DNA from: Cetorhinus maximus
Taxonomy: Eukaryota
Direction: 5' to 3'
Length of the DNA stretch: 64,000 bases
Assembly (NCBI RefSeq): GCF_964194155.1
Contig: NC_135887.1
Span: forward strand, 48,422,001 to 48,486,000
Shown piece after piece: positions 53,965-64,000 of this stretch. The position numbers and the translations under genes are program-made. Each line of letters begins with the position of its first letter. Position 1 is the stretch's first letter. The notes under the pieces were generated by a model. It was not told the origin of the DNA, made no database searches, and saw only the letters and a list, made by a program, of their open reading frames with translations.

Positions 53965-55372
53965 CTAATGAACAATTTGTTTTTATATAGTATCTTTAAT
54001 GCTTTAAAACATCTCAAGACGCTTCATAGAATTTTTAACAAACAAAATTTGACACAGAGCCTAAGAATATTAGGCCAGGAGGCCAAAAGTTTGGTCAAAG
54101 GAGTAGGTTTTCAAGGAGAATATTGAAAGAGGAAAGAGAAGACGAGAGATGGAGCGGTTTAGCGAAGGGAATTTTAGAATTTAAGGCCTAGGCAGTAGGA
54201 GCATGGCCATCAATTTTAGGTTGGTGAAAATCATGGGTGTGCAATAGTTGGAACTGGAGAAGCATAGAGGTCGCAAAGAGTTATAGGGTTAGAGGCACTC
54301 ACAAAGATAAGGCCCTGGAAAGAATTTGAAAACAAGGATGAGTATTTCAAATTCCGAGGCATCGTCAGACTGGAAGCCATTGTAGGCCAGCAAGCACAAA
54401 GGTGATGGGTGAACATGACTTGGCGTGTTAGGATATAGGTGAATATATAAAGCAACATGAAAGTAGTGCTTAGGAAAGCTCAGTGTGGCAACAACGTGGC
54501 AACTCCAAGTAATGCTAAATCTTCGTAATCCTGGTTTAAATTTTAATTTAGTATAGCCACTTATTCTGGATACATGCCTCATTTGGCAAACTGCTAATTA
54601 TGCATAACTCAGGTGACTTGTATTGACAACTGGAGCTAAATTTGGCATCTATAACCTAGAAAATACAATACAAAGAGAGCTAATAATAATTTCCAACAAA
54701 TTTAAAGTTTCCATACCATATGGCCATCAATCTAAACCAGGACTGAAGTGGATGGTAATCTCACCTAGTGCAGCAAGACACACTTTAAAGTAAACCCTCA
54801 TGCAGGCCTTTGTCCAGACTTGGCTATTCTAGTGCATTTTCAGCCAGCCTCCCATCTTCTACCCTCTGTATCTTAATGGTATCTAAAACTCTGCCGCCCA
54901 CATCCTAACTTGCACCAAGTCCCATTCACCCATCAGCCCTGTGCTTGCTGACCTACGTTGCTTAAAGCAATGCCTTAATTTTAAATTCTCATCCTTCTTT
55001 TCAAATCCCTCCATGGTCTTGCCTCTCCCTATCTTTCTCCGTAATCTCCTCCAGTCCCACAACCCTCCAAGATATCTGCTCTCCTCTAATTCTGGCTTGA
55101 GCATTCCTAATTTTAATTGCTCCACAATTGGTGGCAGCACCTTTAGCTGCCTAGTTCCAAGCTTGGAAGTTCCCTCCCTAAATTTCTCCACCTCTCTACC
55201 CTCCTTAAAGGCTCCCCTTAAAACATATCTCTTCGACCAAACTTTTGGTTGTCTGCTCTGGAATTTCTTTACATGGCTGTGTCAAATTTTGGTTCATAAC
55301 ATGCCTATGGGGTGCCTATGAAGGTTTTATTATTTTAAAGGTGCTAAATAAATACAAGTTATTGTTGCTGTA
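53965..55372. mobile_element. Two L2-like 3' fragments (53965-54440 minus; 54800-55372 plus)
   Basis: LNFKFSS/IGGSTFSCL-type C-terminal remnants and shared tail ..ggtgctaaataaatacaagttattgttg, also present at ~6260. Confidence 0.65.
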
Positions 55373-57344
55373 AATTGATAATAGCATTCTGGAAGATCTC
55401 CAATTACTGTGGATTGTTCTCGGTGGGAGAAGATCCATTCCGCAGCACATTCCTACACACTGCCAGATAGGAAATGAAAAACAAGTGGGTTTTATTGCTT
55501 CATTAAAGGGGATCAGATATTTGCTTGAATAATGAAAGTGCAGTGGATTATCATGTAGTAACCTGCTAAAACATGGAGGATGTAACCTGTGGAGCCAATT
55601 AAGATCTTCCATTAACCAATATAGAAATTTCATTAAAAAAATGCTGCAGATGTTGGAAACACATAGCTGTCTAATTCAGTCTTCACTCTACTACTGTTCT
55701 GCAATCTGCACAAAACTCAATTGCTCTCTGGGCACAGTCAGCAAATCTGATTTATTCCACTGACATTTATGTAGGGAGGAAAAATCGGAATAACTCTAAA
55801 ATACCCACTTGTGCTAGAAAGCAAATGGTAGATTATGTAATCTATGTAACCTGCAAAATAAGGAAGCTGTCCCTCAAGACTGTTTAAGTAATAGCAGCAA
55901 AAAAACAGAGTAAAGCTCCTGGCAAACATAAGCTACAGTGTAGATGAAGACTTAACACCAAAAGGCATAACAAATTCTGCACATTTCTGGCATCAGGTTC
56001 ATTAACAGATCCAATTGTAGCATGTGAATCACAATTCTGACAATATTTTTTGTGAAAAATTGGGTTGCCAAGAACAATGTGGTTGGATTCCTGGCAACAG
56101 TCCTGGATTGATAAAAATCAAAAATGCCTGGCTTTTTTATAAGATTATAAATCTTATACCTGACTTATGAGTTCTTACAGGCTGTAATGAAAAAGGAAAA
56201 CAAAGTGCGTTAGCTAATAAAACAAAAGCACATACTGTAGGCAAACTTCTGTCGACCTATTGTTGCGGCTTCGCCTCCCAAAGACAGTCTATGTTTCATT
56301 CAAATGAAGCATAGGTAAACTATAGGATGAGGCAGCTTGGTTTTATAGCCTGTCTGCCAGTTCTAATCTTGGCGAGTTTTCAATGGCCAGAATTGGAAGA
56401 TTACCCGTGTGCTAATTTTATGATGTCAGTGGTTGTAAAAACCAGCATTCCAGCAGCACTTCAGAGAAGTGTAATGAGCAGCACTAAGTTGGGGTGCAAT
56501 GATTTATGTATTTTATTATCTTTTGTCTGTTTTAAAAAGTACAAACATACATTCTGGTACATGGTCTGCTATTGAATGAGCGGTGGCAGTCTCCAAGCAC
56601 TGCTGCAAGGAATGTTTTATCAATTTTCTGTTTATTGATGCAGGTACAATCATTTGCTCTGGTACAAAATGTACAATGTGTACTGCTGCGTCAGAAGATA
56701 ACACAGGCTGTTTGGTTAATTAATGTCTGCAAAAGAAAAACCAGGCACATTTTGTCAAAAGACTCCGTACAACTCTGGAATCTGGACCGGAATCTAGAAT
56801 AAAGTGATTCAAGTCCCAGTCTCTCCAGGCTGGGTCATAATCATCCTGTCAGTTGAGGTTAAGCAGGACCAGATTGAATTAATTTAGTTCTTTCCACACA
56901 CTATGCAGAATCTGCCCTCTCATGAATCCTATCTCACAGATTGTTTTCTCCTAATGCCCAAAGATAATTGTACAAATTGACATGCCTACCTATGCTTACA
57001 CCTTTGATAATCAAACGCTCCACAGATGACACGTCCAATCTCCCAGCAGCATGGAATTGCATTCTATGGAGTTGTTGATCATTTCTTGTTTACCCCCATA
57101 ACCTTCAACCACATTCAACTAGACCTTATCATGGCTCACTTTTTTTTAAGGTGGTTATCAACACAGCATTAACCGCTTTTGCTCCATGTTCCACATACTC
57201 ACTGGAGACTCATTACTTTTCATCTGCTGTCCTCTAGTTCCACATAAACAGTGCATGTTTTGTTTGCTTTCACCTAACGTTATCCAGCCTCCCATCATGT
57301 CAAAGACCATGTCATCTCGCCTTCTAATCATCTCTCTATATAGT

Positions 57345-57938
57345 TTTATTTTATTCATTCACAGGATGTGGGCTTCGCTGGCTGGGCCAGCATGTATTGC
57401 CCTTCCCTAATTGCCCTTAGCCTTCTTGAACCGTTGCATTCCATGTGGTGTAGGTACACCCACGGTGCTGTTCGGAAGAGAGTTCCAGGATTTTGACACA
57501 GTGACAGTGAAGGAATGGCGATATATTTCCAAGTCAGAATGGTAAGTGACTTGGAGGGGAACTTGCAGGTGGTGGTGTTCCCATTTATCTGCTGCCCTTG
57601 TCCTTCTAAATGGTAGTGGTCATGGGTTTGGTAGGTGCTGTCGAGGGAGCCTTGGTGAATTCCTGTGGTGAATCTTGTAGATGGTACACACAGCAGCTAC
57701 TGTGTGTCGACGGTGGAGGGAGTGAATGTTTGTGGATGTGGTGCTAATCAAGTGGGCTGCTTTGCCCTGGATGGTGTCAAGCTTGACTGTTTTTGGACCT
57801 GCACTCATCCAGGCAAATGGAGAGTCTTCCATCACAGTACTGACTTGTGCCTTGCAGATGGTGGGTAGACTTTGGGGATTCAGGTGGTGAGTTACTCGTC
57901 GCCTTATTCCTAGCCTCTGACCTGCTCTTGTAGCCACA
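57345..57938 (-). mobile_element. 3' part of an older copy of the same LINE (host of the nested insertion)
   Basis: ATRAGQRLGI..AVCTIYK; sequence resumes at 61058. Confidence 0.88.
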
Positions 57939-60900
57939 GGAGGAGGCGAGGCAAAACCGGTATTGTCACTGGGCTAGTAATCCAGAGACACGGGTTCGAA
58001 TCCCACCACGGCAGATGGTGGAATTTGAATTCAATAAAAACCTGGAATTAAAAGTCCATGAAACCATTGTCGATTGTTGTTAAAAACCCACCTGGTTCAC
58101 CAATGGTAATCTCCCGTCCTTACCTAGTCTGCAATGACTCTTAAATGCCCTCTGAACTGGCCTAGCAAGCTACTCAGTCGTAACAAACTGCTACAAAGTC
58201 ACAAAACCGAGTTGAAACCGACGGACCACCTGGCATCAACCTAGGCAGCGGAAACGACAATGGCAATCACAGCCCCGTCGACCCTGCAAAGTCCTCCTTA
58301 CGCACATCTAATGCCAAAATTGGGAGAGCTGTCTCACAGACTAGTCAAGCAACAGCCAGATATAGTCATCCTCACGGAATCATACCTTATAGATAATGTC
58401 CCAGACTCCACTATCACCATCCCTGGGTATGTCCTGTCCCACCAGCAGAGGTGGTGGCACAGTGGTATGGTCAGGAGGGAGGTGCCCTGGGAGTCCTCAA
58501 CATCGACTCCAGACCCCATGAAGTCTCATGGCATAAGGTCAAAGGTGGGCGATGAAACCTCCTACTGATTACCATGTACCGCCCTCCCTCAGCTAATGAA
58601 TCAGTGCTCCTCCATGTTGAACATCACTTGGAGGAAGCACTGAGAGTGGCAAGAGCACAGAATGTACTCTGGGCGGCAGACCAGGAATGGCTCGGTAGCA
58701 CCGAGCTGGCCGAGTCCTAAATGACATAGCTGCTAGACTGGGTCTGTGGCAGGTGGTGAGGGAACCAACAAGAGGGAAAAACATTTATCCTGACCAACCT
58801 GCCTGCCGCAGATGCATCTGTCCATGACAGTATCGGTAGGAGTGACCACCGCACAATCATTGTGGAGACCAGAAGTCCCGCCTTCACATTGAGGATACCC
58901 TACATCGTGTTTTGTGGACTATAGATCGAGCAACTCAAGACTGGCCATCCATGAGACACTGTGGACGATCAGCAGCAGCAGAATTGTACTCGAGCACACT
59001 CTGTAACCTAATGGCCCGGCATTTCCCCAACTCTGCCATTACCATCAAGCCAGGGTATCAACCCTGGTTCAATGAAGAGTGCGGGAGGGTATGCCAGGAG
59101 CAGCACCAGGCACACCAAAAAATGAGGTGTCAATCTGGTGAAGCTATAAACACAAGACTACTTGTGTGCCAAACAGCATAAGCAGCAAGTGATAGACAGA
59201 GCTAAGCGATCCCATAACCAATGGATCACATCTAAGTTCTGTAGTCCTGTCACATCTCGTTGTGAATGGTGGTGGACAATCAAACAACTCACTGGAGGCG
59301 GCGGCTCCACAAATATCCCCATTCTCAATGATGGAGGAGACCAGCACAGCAGTGCAAAAGATAAGGCTAAAGCATTCTCGACAATCGTCAGCCAGAAATG
59401 CCGAGTGGCTGATCCATTTCAGGTCCCCAGCATCAAAGGTGCCAGTCTTCAGCCAATTCGATTCACTCCACGTGATATCAAGAAACTGCTGAAGGCACTG
59501 GATACTGCAAAGGTTATGGACACTGACAATATTCTGGCAATAGTACTGAAGACTTGTGCTCCAGAACTTGTTGCGCCCCTAGCCAAGCTGTTTCAGTACA
59601 GCTACAACAGTGGCATCTACTTGGCTATGTGGAAAATTGCCCAGGTATGTCCTGTACACAAAAAGCTGGACAAATCCAACCCAGCCAATTACCGCCCCAT
59701 CAGTCAACTCTCGATCATCAGTAAAGTAATGGAAGGACTCATCAACAGTGCTATCAAGTGGCACTTGCTTAGCAATAACCTGCTCATTGATGCCCAGTTT
59801 GGGTTCCGCCAGGGCCACTCAGCCCCTGACCTCATTACAGTCTTGGTTCAAACATGGATGAAAGAGCTGAACTCCCGAGGTGAGGGGAGAGTGACTGCCC
59901 TTGACATCAAGGCAGCATTTGACTGAGCATTGCATCAAGGCGCCTCAGCAAAATTGGAGTCAACGGGAATCAGGGGGAAAACTCTCCACTGGTCGGAGTT
60001 ATACCTAGCACAAAGGAAGATGGTTATGGTTGTTGGAGGTCAGTCATCTCAGCTCCAGGACATCAATGCAGGAGTTCCTCAGTGTAGTATCCTAGGCCCA
60101 ACCATCGTCAGCTGCTTCATCAATGACCTTCCTTCCATCATAAGGTCAGAAATGGGGATGTTCGTTAATGATTGCACAATGTTCAGCACCATTCGCGACT
60201 TCTCAGACATTGAAGCAATCCGTGACAAAATGCAGCAAGACATGGACAATTTCCAGGCTTGGGCTGACAAGTGGCAGGTAACATTCATGCCACACAAGTG
60301 TCAGGCAATGACCATCTCCTACAAGACAGAATCCAAACATCGCCCCTTGATGTTCAATGACATTACCATCACTGAATCCCCCGCTATCAACATCCTGGGG
60401 GTTACCATTGACCAGAAACTGAACTGCACTAGTCACATAAATACTGTGGCTACAAGAGCAGGTCAGAGGCTAGGAATCGTGTGACGAGTGACTCGCCTCC
60501 TGACTCCCTAAAACCTGTCTACCATCTACAAGGCACAAGTCAGGAGTGTAATGGAATACTCCCCACTTGCCTGGATGAGTGTGGCTCCCACAACACTCAA
60601 GAAGCTGGACACTGTCCAGGACAAACTAGTCCCCTTGATTAGCACATCCACAAAAATTCACTTCCTCCACCACCGACGCACAGTAGCAGCAGTGTGTACC
60701 ATCTACAAGATGCCCCGCAGGAATTCACCAAGGCCCCTTGGACAGCACCTTCCAAATCTACGACTGCTGCCACCTGGAAAGATAAGGGCAGCAGACAGAT
60801 GGGAACACCACCACCAGGAAGTTCCCTTCCAAGTTACTCACCATCCTGACTTGGAAATATATTGCCATTCCTTCACTGTCACTGGGTCAAAATCCTGGAA

Positions 60901-61057
60901 CTCCCTTCCTAACAGCACTGTGGGTGTACCTACACCACATGGACTGCAGTGGTTCAAGAAGGCAGCTCACCACCACCTTCTCAAAGGCAACTAGGGATGG
61001 GCAATAAATGCTGGCCCGGCCAGTGAAGCCTATGTCCCGTGAATGAATAACAAAAAA
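57939..61057 (+). mobile_element. Near full-length CR1/L2-group LINE with a tRNA-like 5' head and ORF2 only (APE + RT), disrupted
   Basis: Box B ggttcgaatcc at 57993-58003; QQPDIVILTESYL (APE); NPANYRPIS, QFGFRQGHS, ALDIKAAFD, GVPQCSILGP (RT); 3' end aataaatgctgg..gaatgaataacaaaaaa. Confidence 0.9.
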
Positions 61058-61600
61058 TATGGCTAGTCCAGTTCAGTTTCTGGTCAATGGTAACCCCCAG
61101 GATGTTGATAGTGGGAGATTCAGTGATGGTAATGCCATTGAACATCAAGGGGCAATGGTTGGATTCTCTATTGCTGGATATGATCATTGCCTGGTACTTG
61201 TGTGGTGCGAATGTTACCTGCCACTAGTCAGCCCAAGCCTGGATATTGTCCAGGTCTTGCTGCATTTGGACATAGGCTGTATCTGAGGAGTCACAAATGG
61301 TGCTGAATATTGTGCAATCATCAGCCAACATTGCCACTTCCGCCCTTATGATGGAAGGAAGGTCATTGATGAAGCAGCTGGTCGGGCCTAGGACTTTACC
61401 CTGAGGAACTCCTGCAGTGATGTCCTGGAGCTCCAACAACCACAACCACCTTCCTTCGTGCTAGGTATTACTCCAACCAGTGGAGAGTTTTCCACCTGAT
61501 TCCCATTGACTCCAGTTTTGCTGGGGCTCCTTGATGTTAAGGGCAGTCACTCTCACCTCAACTCGGGAGTTCAGCTTTTTTGTCCATGTTTGAACCAAGG
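61058..61600 (-). mobile_element. Upstream part of the same interrupted LINE copy
   Basis: GVPQGKVLGP..LADDCT..INILGVTIDQKLNWTSHI. Confidence 0.88.
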
Positions 61601-62130
61601 AACAAGACCTTCAAGAATACCATTGTTTTCAGTTTTTAAGAGGCTCACATTGCTTCTGACCACCCTCTTTTTCCTCATGTAATTGTGAAAGCATTTGTGA
61701 TGTTTATATCCCTTGCAATTTTATTTTCAAACTCCCTTTTTGCACCTTTTACTATCTGCTTCGGCACCTTTTACTACTCTTTGCATCCTTCCTATTTGGC
61801 AAGATTTGTGCTATTTTTTGCAGCCTCGAGATTTATCAGGGAAAAAAAGACTCCATGCAAATACATAGCAAAATAAACAAAGTGGTCACTGAGAAATTAT
61901 TTAAATAGCTTCAGAAAGAGGACATGTGGCTCTGCCAAAACAACCTAAGACACTATCAATACAATTTCCCACAACATTTTTTATCTGGAAAGGTGATCTA
62001 TTCAGGCAAACACAACTTTTGTGTCAGTCAGTAAGGCACTACAATGGGCATAAGTGGCCCTGACAATGAGAGAGAGATAACAAGCTATTTGGAAAGAAAA
62101 CAAATTGCAGAACTATGGGAGAGCATGGGG

Positions 62131-62238
62131 GTTCTGTTGAAGGGTCATGAGGACTCGAAACGTCAACTTTGTTCTTCTCCGCCGATGCTGCCAGACTTGC
62201 TGAGTTTTTCCAAGGTATTTCTGTTTTTGTTTTGGAAT
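62131..62238 (+). mobile_element. Short hammerhead-headed Penelope-derived insert
   Basis: Hammerhead motif at 62131-62167; flanking direct repeat gcatgggg (62123-62130, 62239-62246). Confidence 0.8.
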
Positions 62239-64000
62239 GCATGGGGGGTCGGGGGTTGGTGAAGCAAATTGGACAGCTGTTCCAAAGAGTTCGCATAGAC
62301 ATTATGGGCTAAATGGCCTCCTTCTGCGCTGTACGATTCTAACAACTGGACTTCCTGCTCCAAACTACTGGCCAGTCACTTCTGTTGGAAAGGGGATATG
62401 TGCACAGTGACCAATTAAAGACAAGATTTTATTTAATTGAGCAAAGGCAGGTAAATGGGGTTGAGGTACAGATCAGCTAATTGAATGACAGCTCATCGAA
62501 CTGTCCTAACTTTCCTAACTATAATGTCTTTCCCTGGTCTCATCCACACAAATACAGCACTCGTCCCCACCCTGGCCCAACAATCTCCCCCCCGCCCCAA
62601 CCCCAACTCACAGATGGTGAACCACTTCAGAAGAGATAGGGAGAAGACTGGAATTAGGAGCTGTGAAAAAAAAATATGGAATCTAGTGCTTATGAAAGCC
62701 TAGAAAGATCAAATAAAGCTTTCTCTTATGAATGTCGGAGGATAGAAAAACAAGCCAAGTGGTTTAAACCTTGGATGATGTGGCTGTCTAATCATAAAGC
62801 AGGTGAAGGATCAGTGTTTGACAGGTACCTTGGTACAGGGGGATTTTCTGTGTGGATTTGGACTATTGTGGGCTCGTTATATATTAATGCAACTTGTTTA
62901 TCAAAGGGGACAGTTCCAGTACTTCGTTTATCAAGTTATGAAAATGTTTCAAACATCCTTGCACTACTGTTGATAAATATTAATGAAACCTTCAAAAAGC
63001 AACATATTTTTTAAAAAATTGCAGAGAGTTGAAGGAAATATGTTGAGTGAAGGAACTTGCAAGCTTTATTATTCCACTTTCCCAGGGAAAATTAAACTTT
63101 AATTTTAGGTACATCTGATACCCCAATTACATGGAGTATGTTTTATTTTTATTATCAAAATTAAGCAATTACTATCGGCCTCCCATTAAAGCTCTGCTTT
63201 CAGGACAGCAGACAGCCCAGCCTGAGAGAAATACATACTGAGACAGGACCAGAATTTTAAAAACTCTAATTCCTTGTCCAAACCTCCTGCTAGCAGCTGG
63301 TGAGTACATTGGTGACATGTTGCACATTACACCAAGCGTTTGAGGACATGCTCTGTCCAATCTAAACAGAGTATCTGACAAAGCTGTGGCAGTGCACCCA
63401 AAACCCATAAGACTCTTGCCCAGTGAGTAATCACAGGGTGGTTGGCTGCCACGACAACACAAAGTCAGTCTAGAAGTTAAGCCATTCACCATCATGCTAA
63501 ACTAGGCCCATGGGATATAATGAAGTTTTAAGGTCAAACAACAACTACGGCAAAATAAAAATACAGCAACCAGTGATAATATTAACAGAGGTTACATAGC
63601 AGGTTTGTCTGAATACAGACCTCACAGAATACTAGAGCAGAGGGAGTTTCAGAAGCAATAAGTATGCGATTAACAGCCCCTCCAATTATTCAAAATCTAA
63701 AGGTCAATCTCTTTGCAGCCAAAATACTGATTTAATGAAGACATTGCTACACAGTATACTTGGACCATGTTTATTAGAGATAGAATGACTTTTGGGCTAC
63801 AAATATGAGGTGGAAAAGGGAAGGAATCAACTAGCTAAAAATTGATTACTGAAGAATCTATTCCCCTCACATACATGACCTATAAAGTTAAATGAATGGA
63901 AGTTGCTTGCATTAAAGATAGAAAAAATGATTACTATTACAGCTAATGCTGTTAAGAGTTGATACAGTTTCTCACGCCCATGCCAAAAGGTTGGTCTAAT

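Noticed and set aside
57945-58015. tRNA gene
   Set aside because: Only box B and a partial arm survive; it is the head of a retroposon.
200-63495. Remaining short ORFs in the six-frame track
   Set aside because: Antisense or alternative frames of transposons, or random open frames without motifs or splice support.

Overview
Eukaryotic, repeat-dense vertebrate DNA; the repeat families point to a cartilaginous fish/shark (inference). The only host coding sequence I can support is one 155-nt exon of a beta-adaptin gene (most likely AP2B1) on the minus strand at 28241-28395, so most of the window is probably intronic. The rest is a patchwork of transposons: a complete two-gene PIF/Harbinger element, two Mag-type Gypsy relics, two Penelope-like elements, at least seven hammerhead-ribozyme motifs, many CR1/L2-group LINE fragments, SINEs and MITEs. 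The standout is a 5.8-kb LTR element (37920-43715, minus strand; 1.3-kb LTRs, tRNA-Pro PBS, PPT, 4-bp TSD). It keeps gag and protease, but where IN/RT/RNase H should lie it carries an intronless fragment matching the N-terminal coiled coil of the nuclear-basket protein TPR. Protein identifications are from recalled sequences, not database searches, and boundaries of decayed repeats are approximate.
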